Shown here: one piece after another, positions 18,677 to 28,142 of the stretch
Position numbering within the stretch: position 1 is the stretch's first letter
How the letters are laid out: each line of letters begins with the position of its first letter
Assembly (NCBI GenBank): GCA_963678065.2
Contig: CAXXVZ010000005.1
Coordinates: forward strand, 1 to 64,000
Source: Treponemataceae bacterium
GTDB taxonomy: Bacteria > Spirochaetota > Spirochaetia > Treponematales > Rectinemataceae
Length of the DNA stretch: 64,000 nt
Direction of reading: 5' to 3'
Made by a program: the position numbers and the translations under genes
The notes under the pieces: generated by a model
The model's input: only the letters and a program-made list of their open reading frames with translations
Database searches by the model: none
Told to the model about the DNA's origin: nothing

Positions 18677-20077
18677 TCAGAATGAAAGCGTGAAAGCGAG
18701 TTCGATGTATTTGTTCGCCTTGTACTGGCCGAATTGCCCCGACGCGGCGCCGTCGAACCATGCGCCTTCGGCGGAAACGACGAGGTCGCCGGGGAAGGCG
18801 TATGAAACCTTGGGTTTGACCATGAAATCTTCCGATCCGACGAGCCAGACTCCAGTCGCTTCCAGGCTGAGCTTTTCGTTGAAGAATGATCGCGAAAGCC
18901 TGAGCGCGAGAAGATTGGTCAATTCGTCGGTATTCGCCTCGATATCGTAGGGAAGGGTTATCTTGTCGTGGCCCAGAATCCAGTTCCCCAGGGTCTGGAG
19001 ATTGACGCCGAATCCCAGAATGTCCCTGTCCACGCCCGCCGTCCAGCCGACCGAACGGTTGTGCACGAGATAATTGTCGCCTGCGACATCGTCTGTCATG
19101 TTGAACGCGGCTTCCGCCCTGAAATTGAAGCCGGCCAGAACGAAGGCTGCGTCGGCGCCGATCTGGTGGTAGCGGTCGTAGCCGACATGGATTTTCTTGC
19201 CGTTCAGCGCAAAGTTGACCGGGTTCATGTCGATGACGGGATCGCGCAGGAAGCCGTAATAGTACTGGAGACCGAGGTCGATGCCACCGAGACTGTCGGT
19301 GAAGCGCGCGCCAGCCTGACCCCATCTCAGCGTGTCCGTTCCGGGGAGGATGAGAGTCTGGGACAGAGGAAGCGTGGCGTTGTAGGGGGGATAGGCGAGA
19401 ACCGTGGCCAGAGTCACGAGCGAAGCGGGTACCCATCTGCCCGACTGAGGAATCGTATTTCCTCTGAAAATCGGCAAATAGGCGAGTTCGAATTTTCCGT
19501 TTTCGGAGGTCCGGAAATCGACCTTGAGCGTGGGTTGGGCGATCTTGGAATACTTCGTGTCGGAGTTGATGAAGTCAGTGTAATCGGTCGGATCGAGCAC
19601 GTCGAGAACGTGGAGGCTGTCGCCCTTGCCCCAGGTCGTGCGGAAAAGCCCCGCCTTGATTTCGAAGGCCCCGGCGAAGGCCGAAAGCCAGGCTTCGTCG
19701 AGGAGCGAGGCCGGGTTGGCGACAAGGGCCGATGGATCGAGCCTGAGCTTCAGCTTCGCCTCGACGGATTTCGTGGCGTAGGAAAAATCGATTCTTCCCA
19801 CCGGCTTCAGCTCGAGACTGGTGGCCAAAAGATCGGCCGTATCGGGGTAGCCGCGCATGCGCAACTCCGCCGATCCGCTCACCGAAAGGCTTCCCGACTG
19901 GCCATCTGCGGCAGCCGTGGAATCGGTGGCGCCGAATCCGAAATCCTGGGCTCCCGCCGGCATGGCGGCCGGGCCAAAAGAAAAGAAGCAGGCGGAAACA
20001 AGGGCGAAGGCCGCCGGGATGAAGATGCCCCGCGCCTGTAGTCGCCCTCGTCGCAGGAAAATACTCTTGATGCTCAT
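18677..20077 (-). CDS. Exported, probably outer-membrane beta-barrel protein (DUF1302-like)
   Basis: Signal peptide, amphipathic strands, WGKGD..DVLDP, FGQY, C-terminal Phe. Lies in an MMPL/LolA-like operon. Confidence 0.65.
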   Translation of the reverse strand: MSIKSIFLRRGRLQARGIFIPAAFALVSACFFSFGPAAMPAGAQDFGFGATDSTAAADGQSGSLSVSGSAELRMRGYPDTADLLATSLELKPVGRIDFSYATKSVEAKLKLRLDPSALVANPASLLDEAWLSAFAGAFEIKAGLFRTTWGKGDSLHVLDVLDPTDYTDFINSDTKYSKIAQPTLKVDFRTSENGKFELAYLPIFRGNTIPQSGRWVPASLVTLATVLAYPPYNATLPLSQTLILPGTDTLRWGQAGARFTDSLGGIDLGLQYYYGFLRDPVIDMNPVNFALNGKKIHVGYDRYHQIGADAAFVLAGFNFRAEAAFNMTDDVAGDNYLVHNRSVGWTAGVDRDILGFGVNLQTLGNWILGHDKITLPYDIEANTDELTNLLALRLSRSFFNEKLSLEATGVWLVGSEDFMVKPKVSYAFPGDLVVSAEGAWFDGAASGQFGQYKANKYIELAFTLSF

Positions 20078-20096
20078 GTTCGCTCTCCTTTGAATG

Positions 20097-20888
20097 TCAG
20101 GGCCTTCCGGTCTCGAGGAATTTGGTCGTGAACACTCCCGCGGGAATGGGTTTGTTCAATATCAGTTTTTCCACCGAGAGGTTGGTGGAGTGGCCGGTCT
20201 GGAGGTTTTTCATGGATGACTTGATGGGAGTCCAGAAACCGTCGACCTGCTTGTACTCCGAGACTTCGTTCACCTTCGCGACCTTGCCGTCCTTGTCGTA
20301 GATCTCGATTTTCACGGCCAGCCATTTATCGGCGAGGATGGTCTGGACCGTCTTCGGATAGGCGCTGTCGGCGGGGTTTTTCGGCTTCACTTCGACGATG
20401 AAAACTTTTTCTCCATTCACGGTATCGGTCCCGAGGAGGGCATAGTCGTCGCGGTCCATCGGACGGGACGACAGGGAGGAGAGGTCGTCGTAGGTAAAAT
20501 CGGTCCCCATGAACGAGGAGTTCCCCTCGCCCGACGCGACCCGGCGCACCTTGGCCAGGGCCGGCAGAAATATCCAGCGGTCATCCGGTCCCGACGCGTT
20601 CTGCACTGTCAGAAAGCGCGTATCCTTCACGGAGGCCGGCGCCTGGAAGATGATCGCCATTTTCGTGAGTCCTTTTTCTTCCACGGAAAACTGGTCGATG
20701 AGACGCTCGCTCGCGCTTCCGCCCTTGTCGACGAGCTGCATTCTGACGCGGGTCTGCGTGGACGAAATTCCGTCGTGGCTGCGGACTTTTTTCATTATTT
20801 CCGCGGCTGACAGGGGGGCCGCCGTCTGCGACCAGGCTCCCGACGCGGCCAAAAGCACCAGAGCGAGGAAGAGGGAAATACGTTTCAT
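20097..20888 (-). CDS. Outer-membrane lipoprotein-sorting (LolA-like) protein
   Basis: FQAPASVKDTRFL, WIFLPAL.KVRR, SFMGTDFTYDD. Start MKRIS at 20888 (ATGA overlap). Confidence 0.85.
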   Translation of the reverse strand: MKRISLFLALVLLAASGAWSQTAAPLSAAEIMKKVRSHDGISSTQTRVRMQLVDKGGSASERLIDQFSVEEKGLTKMAIIFQAPASVKDTRFLTVQNASGPDDRWIFLPALAKVRRVASGEGNSSFMGTDFTYDDLSSLSSRPMDRDDYALLGTDTVNGEKVFIVEVKPKNPADSAYPKTVQTILADKWLAVKIEIYDKDGKVAKVNEVSEYKQVDGFWTPIKSSMKNLQTGHSTNLSVEKLILNKPIPAGVFTTKFLETGRP

Positions 20889-23755
20889 TCGTTGACTCCT
20901 GTTCCGGCTTCCTTCTCGAACCACAGAGGTTTCATGAGGAAGGCCGGTTTGAAAAGATCGAGAACCACGGGCAGAATGACGAGCGCGGCGAGCGAGGATG
21001 TCGCCATGGTCAGCGCTATGAGGATGCCGAGATACATGAGCGGATTGAACTGGCTGGCCGCGAGGACGGCGAAGCCCGCGCCGACGGCGACGGCGTTGAA
21101 TATGATCGCCCGGCCCGAGCTCCGGATGGCGCCTTCCTTCACGACGACGAGGTCGGCCGTCTTCAGTCTTTCGTGGCGGTAGGCCGAAATGTAGTGGATG
21201 GTGTAGTCGATCCCGATGCCGATCGCGAGCGAGGCGACGATGGCCGTGGAGATGTTCAGCTTGATGCCGGTGAGTCCCATGACGCAGAAATTGAAGAGGA
21301 TGGAAACGCTCAAAGGGATGAGCGCGATGAGGCCCGCGGCGATGGAGCGGTAGAACACGACCATGATGAGAAAGACAGCCACGAGGGAGACCACGACGGA
21401 CATGACCTGATTGAGTATGATGGAGTCCGTGATGGATTTTTCCACCATGGCGGGGCCGGCGGCCGTTATCGTATAACCTTCGGGAAAATGTTCCGCCGCG
21501 TAGGCCTTTCCCTTCTCGACGATGTCATGGATTCCGATGTTGCCGGTGCTGCGTGTCTGCACGGTGAGGAGGGCCTCGGAGGGTTCGACAGGATCGTTCG
21601 AGAAATTCTTGGTCCCGTCCCCGAGGAGGACGAGATAATTCGAGACGACGCGTGAGAGGTCATCCTTCGCGGCGAGGCCGTAGCGCGCGGGGTCGGTCGG
21701 AATCTCGTAGTAGGCGGCGCCCCGGTAATTCCGCGCCCGGTTGAGTTCGGCCAACCACTCGGAGGCCGAGGGAGTGGCGGAACCGGTGCGCGCGAAGGCC
21801 GCGTTGAGGGAATCGAGGTCGAGACTCCGGGAAGCGACCGTGCTGACCGCAGCCTGCGACTCCGGGGTTTTCGCCGTCTGCGCCTTCGCTTTCGTCGCCG
21901 TCCCCGACTTCGTAGCCGGGGCTACCGGTTCAGGCGCCGCGGGAGCGTCGAATCCGAAGGCCGGCTCGCCGGAGGATCCGGACGCGTCGCCAAAGCCAAA
22001 GGCCGGTTCCGTGGACGATCCTGCGGCCTGCGTCCCCGAACCGCCGGCCGCCGCGGCTGTCGCGGTCGCTGGAGGAACCGATCGGACAATCCCCTGTGCC
22101 GGCTCATCGGCGTTGAATACCTGGTTGATTCTCTTGATGAACTGCGTGTAGGAGATGACCTTGCCCACATCGGGCGAACAGGTTTCGAGGTAGGTCGCGA
22201 GTCCGTCCATGGCGCCGAGAATGTCGGGATTGTTGAGGTCGCCCGGGTTCTTGCCCTTCACGATGAAAGAGAAGGTTTTCGTCCCGTTGAACTTGGTCCT
22301 GAGGAAACGGTCGGAGCGCGAGATATCAGTGTAATCCTTGAAATACTCGATGATCGCGTTGTCGACCACGACGCGGCTTGTCCCCCAGACCGATACGGCG
22401 AGGATGACGAGGGTGAAGGCGATGACTGTCCGCGGCCGGGAAGTTATTCTCGCGATGATCGCTTCTAGCGCGTCGATAGCCCCGAGCGATCCGGGAGTCC
22501 GCCTCCTCGTCGTCTTCGTCTTTACCCCGGCGGCCTCGGCACGGGGCGCCTTCGTCAATGTGCCCGACCCCGCGCCTGCGGTCGCCTTTCCCGGTTTCCG
22601 CGCGGGAACTCCGCCCTGAATGGTCAGAAGGGCGGGGATAAGAGTCAGGGCGACGCCGAATGCCGCGAGGACGCCGAAACCGGAAAAGATTCCGAAAACC
22701 TGCATGGGGACGATGGTCGTTATGGCGTTGGAGGCGAATCCAGCGAGCGTCGTGAGCGCAGCGAGCGTGACGGGCCAGCCCACTTTCGCGACTGTCCGCC
22801 TGATGATCTTCGCGTTTTCCTCGGGGCTCAGGCCCTCGGGGCGCTCTTTCAGCTCGTCGTAATAATGACTGACGAGGTGGATCCCGTATGCGCTTCCGAC
22901 GGCCACCATGATGACAGGTATGACTGTCGAGAGAATGGAAAGCGGCTGGCCGAGAAGCGCCATGAGGCCCATGGTCCAGATCGTCGAGATGAGGACGGTC
23001 ACGAGAGGCAGGAGCAGTCCGCCGAGGCGCCGGAACGACAGAAGGAGCGTGACGACGACGACAAGTATGACGAGGGGCACGAGCGTGACAAGGTCTTTGC
23101 GCAGATTGTCTGTGAAGAGCACGGTGAACACCGGCGTTCCCGAAATGTAGACATTGAATCCGCCGAGGTCCGTGGACGCGATGACGTCCTTCACCTGCGC
23201 GTAGAGAATCCGCTTGGGATCGATGTTGTTCTTCCAGTTCGTTGAATCGTCGGTGCTCGAATCGAGATTGATCATTATTTCCGTGGACGTGTAATCGTCG
23301 GAGACGAGGGAGCGGCGATAGACATCCCAGGAGAGGATTTTTTCCTTTACGAGGGCTATTTCGGCGGGAGTGCCGGAAAAATCCGCCGGCACGAGGGGAT
23401 CGACGACGATGTCCTTCCCTTCGGCCCGTATGTATTGGGTGTCCATGATCCCGGTGACGGAGGCGGCATTGGGCAGCTTCTTCAGTTTCTCCGTCAATTC
23501 CTTCATTTTTTTGAACTTGTCGGGATTGAAGATGTCGCCCGATCGCGACTCGAGTCCGATGAGCATGAATACCTGGCTGCCGTAGGTTTTCGTCATGTCG
23601 GATATGGCCATGCGCGCCGGGTTGGTCTTCGGGACGAAGTTGAACACATCGTTGTCGAAGGTAGTTTTCGGCAGCTGTATCGCGAAGAAGACCGTGATGG
23701 CGGCTATGATGGCCACGACAAGCCAGGATCGAAGGTTCCGGTTTTTCCCTTTCAC
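20885..23755 (-). CDS. MMPL/RND-family transporter
   Basis: Two transmembrane bundles (AVGSAYGIH; IGIGIDYTIH) separated by large periplasmic loops. Confidence 0.9.
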   Translation of the reverse strand: MKGKNRNLRSWLVVAIIAAITVFFAIQLPKTTFDNDVFNFVPKTNPARMAISDMTKTYGSQVFMLIGLESRSGDIFNPDKFKKMKELTEKLKKLPNAASVTGIMDTQYIRAEGKDIVVDPLVPADFSGTPAEIALVKEKILSWDVYRRSLVSDDYTSTEIMINLDSSTDDSTNWKNNIDPKRILYAQVKDVIASTDLGGFNVYISGTPVFTVLFTDNLRKDLVTLVPLVILVVVVTLLLSFRRLGGLLLPLVTVLISTIWTMGLMALLGQPLSILSTVIPVIMVAVGSAYGIHLVSHYYDELKERPEGLSPEENAKIIRRTVAKVGWPVTLAALTTLAGFASNAITTIVPMQVFGIFSGFGVLAAFGVALTLIPALLTIQGGVPARKPGKATAGAGSGTLTKAPRAEAAGVKTKTTRRRTPGSLGAIDALEAIIARITSRPRTVIAFTLVILAVSVWGTSRVVVDNAIIEYFKDYTDISRSDRFLRTKFNGTKTFSFIVKGKNPGDLNNPDILGAMDGLATYLETCSPDVGKVISYTQFIKRINQVFNADEPAQGIVRSVPPATATAAAAGGSGTQAAGSSTEPAFGFGDASGSSGEPAFGFDAPAAPEPVAPATKSGTATKAKAQTAKTPESQAAVSTVASRSLDLDSLNAAFARTGSATPSASEWLAELNRARNYRGAAYYEIPTDPARYGLAAKDDLSRVVSNYLVLLGDGTKNFSNDPVEPSEALLTVQTRSTGNIGIHDIVEKGKAYAAEHFPEGYTITAAGPAMVEKSITDSIILNQVMSVVVSLVAVFLIMVVFYRSIAAGLIALIPLSVSILFNFCVMGLTGIKLNISTAIVASLAIGIGIDYTIHYISAYRHERLKTADLVVVKEGAIRSSGRAIIFNAVAVGAGFAVLAASQFNPLMYLGILIALTMATSSLAALVILPVVLDLFKPAFLMKPLWFEKEAGTGVNE

Positions 23756-24408
23756 GTTTTTCCTCCGAAAGCGGCGGGGTTGCGTATCCCGCGTATGAGA
23801 ATGTCGAAGAGATTGTCGATGAAGTCCTCGATATCGTAGCCGCTGAGCTCACGCATGAGATGGTGGTTGCGCGACAGCCTCTGAAGATAGGAGGTGATGA
23901 GGTCGACGGCGAGGACGGCGGTTTTCTGCGGATCGAGGTCCGGCCTGAGGCTTCCGTCGGCGACGCCGAGCCTGAAACTGGCCACGAGGTCGTCCATCAG
24001 TTCCTTGTGATTCCAATACGGCCACTCTCCCGAAGCGTGCGCCTGCGGCGAGGGAATAACGGTCTCGATGAAACGCGCAAAATACAGTTCGTCCGGAAAA
24101 TCGTGCATGAAGTGCCTGAAGGCTATGCTCAGGGCTTCGAGCTTGTCGAGGCCGCTCGTCTGTCCCGCGCTCGCCTTCTTCAGGCTCTCCATGAGAATGT
24201 CGAAGGAGCCTTCGAAGACCGCCCTCATGAGCTCGGTCTTGTCCTGGAAGTACAGATAGATGGCCGGCTTGGAGAGCTCGACCCTGTCGGCTATGTCCTG
24301 CACAGAGGTGTTCTCGACGCCTTTTTCGAGGAAGAGACTGCGCGCGCCTTCGAGGATGAGCGCTTGCCTCTCCTCCCGTTCCCGTTTCCGCCGATCTTCC
24401 GTACTCAC
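23752..24408 (-). CDS. TetR/AcrR-family regulator
   Basis: TSVQDIADRVELSKPAIYLYFQDK HTH. Confidence 0.92.
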   Translation of the reverse strand: MSTEDRRKREREERQALILEGARSLFLEKGVENTSVQDIADRVELSKPAIYLYFQDKTELMRAVFEGSFDILMESLKKASAGQTSGLDKLEALSIAFRHFMHDFPDELYFARFIETVIPSPQAHASGEWPYWNHKELMDDLVASFRLGVADGSLRPDLDPQKTAVLAVDLITSYLQRLSRNHHLMRELSGYDIEDFIDNLFDILIRGIRNPAAFGGKT

Positions 24409-24444
24409 GGTAACAATGTTACCGATGGTACGTCATTTAGTCAA
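24408..24444 (-). promoter_or_regulatory. Promoter and operator of the TetR-MMPL operon (leaderless)
   Basis: TTGACT-17-TAACAT ending 7 nt before GTG. The palindrome CGGTAACA-A-TGTTACCG (24408-24424) covers the -10 box. Confidence 0.65.
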
Positions 24445-24491
24445 CGGAGCCGGAACGATAATTGGTCGGCGCGCAGATATCGCTGCCGATG

Positions 24492-25256
24492 TCAGCGCCG
24501 CGAGGTCCACCCGGGGTCGGCAAATTTTTGTGCGGCGATTTCGCGGGCGCGCGCGATCTCGTCGCCCGAAGGAAGGGCGACCGTGAAATCGAGGTCGAGG
24601 GCGCGCCCGAATCCGGTCGCGAGCGCAAAGGCCGCTTCGGAATATCCGACGGAGCGCCCGAGAATGGCCGAGAGGCTCGTCACCCTCTCCTTGACGTCGG
24701 CGATGAGCTTGCCCTTCGCCTTTTCCTGGGGAACTTTCAGAAGCTCGAACATGAGGTCGACATCGAGGCCGAGGAGGATGGTCCCGTGCTGGAGGAGGCA
24801 GCCGCGCTTCCGGGTCTGTGCGTTGCCGGAAATCTTCTTTCCGAGCGCGACGATGTCGTTGATCGGAGCGAAGGTCGCCTCGATGCCGAGGAGCCCAGCT
24901 CCCTCCACTACCCCTTTGCAGATTGTTTCGTAGGAGGTCATGATGGATTTCGGGGTGAGAGGATGACTCTCGGGGATGATGATGCTGTAGGTGATCTCGG
25001 CCTGGTGAAAGACCGCCCCTCCGCCGGTTATGCGGCGCACGACATCGACGCCGCGCGCGTGGCAGGCCTCGACGTCGACTTCCTCGTAGAGGCCCTGGAA
25101 ATAGCCGATGGAGATGGCGGCCGGCTCCCATGCGTAGAGCCGGAGCGTCGGCAACTCGCGCCCGGACGCGACGGATTCGAGGATGGCTTCGTCGAGCCCC
25201 ATATTGAAGGATGCCTTCCCGGCATGGGTATCAAGCAGTCTGAACGCGTGCGGCAT
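24492..25256 (-). CDS. lplA: Lipoate-protein ligase, catalytic subunit
   Basis: NMGLDEAI, LRLYAW, RRITGGGAVFH, NDI...KKISGNAQ, LQHGT. Start MPHAF at 25256. Confidence 0.85.
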   Translation of the reverse strand: MPHAFRLLDTHAGKASFNMGLDEAILESVASGRELPTLRLYAWEPAAISIGYFQGLYEEVDVEACHARGVDVVRRITGGGAVFHQAEITYSIIIPESHPLTPKSIMTSYETICKGVVEGAGLLGIEATFAPINDIVALGKKISGNAQTRKRGCLLQHGTILLGLDVDLMFELLKVPQEKAKGKLIADVKERVTSLSAILGRSVGYSEAAFALATGFGRALDLDFTVALPSGDEIARAREIAAQKFADPGWTSRR

Positions 25257-25599
25257 CGAGAGCCCTCCCCAGCACTTCGGCAACTGCGGCGCCCGTGATG
25301 CCGAAGAGCTCGAGGCCTTCGCGCTGCGCCAGAAAATCGAAAGCGGCGGCGACACTGTCCGCGGGAGAGCCCGCGAGAGCCGCCTCGACCTTCTCGAAAC
25401 CTTCTTCCGGAATGGCAAAAAAGTCGCCCCGGATCAGAATGCGGGCGATGAGGGGCCGATCGACGGCGCCTTTGGCACTGTCTGCGACGCCATCGGAAGG
25501 GCTGCCGGAGACGGCGGTTCCGGCGGGCAGGTTTTCGAGCTCCGCCTCGACCCGGATGAGCTTGCAGCCCTCGGGCTTACCTGTGGCGCGCACTGTCAT
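25231..25599 (-). CDS. Stand-alone lipoate ligase accessory domain (LplB-like)
   Basis: K..G.KLIRV...I.IRGDFFAIPEE pattern. Start MTVRATGK at 25599, overlapping the lipA stop. Confidence 0.7.
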   Translation of the reverse strand: MTVRATGKPEGCKLIRVEAELENLPAGTAVSGSPSDGVADSAKGAVDRPLIARILIRGDFFAIPEEGFEKVEAALAGSPADSVAAAFDFLAQREGLELFGITGAAVAEVLGRALDAARVQTA

Positions 25600-26459
25600 T
25601 TGCTGTCCTCCCAGGCCGCGAGGGCGTGGTAGCTCGTCCGGGCGAAGGGCGAGGAGACGACGGAGGAGAATCCGAGCGCCCTGGCCTCTGCCGCGAGGGT
25701 TCTGAACTCGGCCGGAGAAACGTATTCGACGACATCGACCTGCTTCGGAGTAGGCTGGAGGTACTGTCCCATGACGAGGACCTCGACTCCCGCGGCGCAA
25801 AGTTCGCGCATGGCCTCAAGAAGTTCGTCATGGGTTTCCCCGAGGCCGAGGAGGAGGCTCGACTTTGTGAGCGGGGCGCCCAGGCTCTTCGCGAGCGAAA
25901 GGACGCGGAGGCTGCGGTCGAAGGAGGCGCGCGCGTCGCGGACGGTCTGCAGACGGCGCACGGTCTCCACATTGTGGGCGATGACATCGGGCCCGGCGGC
26001 GATCACCGCCTCGAGCTCGGCGTCGAGGTAGTCGGGGATGAGGACTTCGATCTTCGTGTCCGGGCTCGTCGACCTGATGGCGCGGATGCAGGCCGCAAAG
26101 TGTTCGCTGCCGCGATCCTGAAGGTCATCGCGGTCCACCGAGGTGATGACGGCGTACTTGAGCCCGAGTTCGGCTATTGCGGCCGCCAGCTGGGCAGGTT
26201 CGGCGGCGCACAGCGCCCTGCCCTCGCGGGCTGTCGCGACGGCGCAGAAGCGGCAGCCCCGGGTGCAGATATCGCCCATGACCATGAAGGTGGCGGTGCC
26301 GCAACCCCAGCATTCGGCCTTGTTCGGGCACTTCGCCTCGTCGCAGACCGTGTGGAGTCCCCGGCGCGCGAGGATGCCGTCGACCTTTTTCCATTCCGCG
26401 CCGGATGGAGCGCGCGTCCTGATCCAGTCCGGCTTGCGGAGTCTGACCTTCTGTTCCAT
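25596..26459 (-). CDS. lipA: Lipoyl synthase
   Basis: CX4CX5C (CDEAKCPNKAEC), CTRGCRFC, C-terminal RTSY. Confidence 0.95.
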   Translation of the reverse strand: MEQKVRLRKPDWIRTRAPSGAEWKKVDGILARRGLHTVCDEAKCPNKAECWGCGTATFMVMGDICTRGCRFCAVATAREGRALCAAEPAQLAAAIAELGLKYAVITSVDRDDLQDRGSEHFAACIRAIRSTSPDTKIEVLIPDYLDAELEAVIAAGPDVIAHNVETVRRLQTVRDARASFDRSLRVLSLAKSLGAPLTKSSLLLGLGETHDELLEAMRELCAAGVEVLVMGQYLQPTPKQVDVVEYVSPAEFRTLAAEARALGFSSVVSSPFARTSYHALAAWEDSK

Positions 26460-26524
26460 GGGACCGAGTATACGACACATTCCGGGAATGTGTTAGCTGC
26501 CGGACTCTATGGGCATCGGGCGGA

Positions 26525-28006
26525 TCACTCCCCCCTGCGGTAGTTCGGCGCCTCGCGCGTGATCGAGATCGAGTGCGGGTGGCTCTCCGCGAGGCCCGCG
26601 TTGGTGATGCGCGAGAGCCGGCTTTTTGTCCGGAGGTCATCGAGGCAGACCGCGCCCGCGTAACCCATGCCCGAGCGCAGGCCGCCCATGAGCTGGAAGA
26701 CGTAGTCGGAGAGCTTGCCCTTGAAGGGAACCATGCCTTCCACGCCCTCGGGGACGAGTTTGTCGGGGCCGCCCTGACCCGTGCCGTAGCGGTCGCGGCC
26801 GTAGCCCTGCAGCGCGCCCATGCTGCCCATGCCGCGGTAGGATTTGTACTGCCTGCCCTCGTAGAGGATGAGCTCGCCGGGGGATTCCTCGAGGCCGGCG
26901 AGGAGGCTGCCGAGCATGACGGTGTCCGCGCCTGCGACGATGGCCTTCACGATGTCGCCTGAGTACTTCACGCCGCCGTCCGCGACGACGGGGAGGCCGA
27001 GTTTCGCGGCCGCGCGCGAGCAGGCGTAGATGGCCGACATCTGGGGCATGCCGGCGCCCGATATGACGCGGGTCGTGCAGATCGAGCCCGCCCCGACGCC
27101 GATCTTGACGGCGTCGGCCCCGGCGGCGGCGAGGGCCTCGACACCTTCCGCGGTGACGACGTTGCCCGCGATGACCTGAAGGCGGGGCGCGACAGCCTTT
27201 ATGCGCCTCACCGCCTCGATGACGCCTTTAGAGTGGCCGTGGGCCGTATCGACGCCGACGACGTCGACTCCCTTCGCGCTGAGGAGCTCGATGCGGCGCT
27301 CCAGGTCTGCGCCCACGCCGACAGCCGCGCCGACCATGAGACGGCCCGAGGCGTCGATCGAGGCCTCCGGATAGTCGGCCTTTTTCTGGATATCCTTGAC
27401 GGTGATGAGACCCTTCAGGCGGCCCTGTGCGTCGACGAGGGGGAGTTTCTCGATCCGGTGTTTCTGGAGGATGGCCCTGGCCTCGCCGAGAGTCGTGCCG
27501 ACAGTCGCGGTGATCAGGCGCTCCTTCGTCATGAAGTCGCTGACCGGGCGGGAATCGTCCTCCGGGCCGCAGAAGCGGATGTCGCGGTTCGTGAGGATGC
27601 CGACGAGCCTGCGCGATTCCCCCTCGACGATGGGAATGCCCGAGATGCGGTAGCCGGACATGATGGCGCGGGCCTCCGCGAGGCTCGACGCGGCGCCGAG
27701 GCAGACAGGGTCCGAGATCATGCCGGACTCCGAGCGCTTGACCTTGTCGATGTGGCCGGCCTGATCCTCGGGACTCATGTTGCGGTGGACGATGCCGATG
27801 CCGCCCATGCGCGCGATGGCGATGGCGAGGTTGGACTCCGTGACGGTGTCCATGGCCGCGGACAAAAGGGGGATGTTGAGCGTGATCTCCCGCGTCAGGC
27901 GGGCCTTCACGTCGACACGGGAAGGAAGGATCTCGCTGTATCCGGGGACGATGAGGACGTCGTCGAAGGTCAGTGCAAGGGGACCTGCCAGAATATCTTC
28001 GTTCAT
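26525..28006 (-). CDS. guaB: IMP dehydrogenase
   Basis: [18 protein letters not shown] pair, GSICTTR, ADGG, YRGMGS. Confidence 0.97.
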   Translation of the reverse strand: MNEDILAGPLALTFDDVLIVPGYSEILPSRVDVKARLTREITLNIPLLSAAMDTVTESNLAIAIARMGGIGIVHRNMSPEDQAGHIDKVKRSESGMISDPVCLGAASSLAEARAIMSGYRISGIPIVEGESRRLVGILTNRDIRFCGPEDDSRPVSDFMTKERLITATVGTTLGEARAILQKHRIEKLPLVDAQGRLKGLITVKDIQKKADYPEASIDASGRLMVGAAVGVGADLERRIELLSAKGVDVVGVDTAHGHSKGVIEAVRRIKAVAPRLQVIAGNVVTAEGVEALAAAGADAVKIGVGAGSICTTRVISGAGMPQMSAIYACSRAAAKLGLPVVADGGVKYSGDIVKAIVAGADTVMLGSLLAGLEESPGELILYEGRQYKSYRGMGSMGALQGYGRDRYGTGQGGPDKLVPEGVEGMVPFKGKLSDYVFQLMGGLRSGMGYAGAVCLDDLRTKSRLSRITNAGLAESHPHSISITREAPNYRRGE

Positions 28007-28064
28007 GGAAAAACTCCTTTTTGTTGCCGTATGTGTGGCGAGGCCCCCTGTCAGGAGAGACCTG

Positions 28065-28142
28065 TCGCCTCGACGCCGAAAAATGGCGGCGCCACGATCG
28101 ATGCGTAAAGTGGCGACGCCACGATCAATGCCTGAAATGGCG
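28065..28142. repeat. Degenerate 27-bp tandem repeat spanning the purH stop codon
   Basis: 28089-28115 and 28116-28142 are 22/27 identical, with a partial third unit on the guaB side. Confidence 0.65.

Noticed and set aside
28051..28127. Stop-codon readthrough or selenocysteine at the purH TGA, since in-frame RHF echoes follow it
   Set aside because: RHFRH is the normal PurH C-terminus, and tandem duplication explains the echoes.
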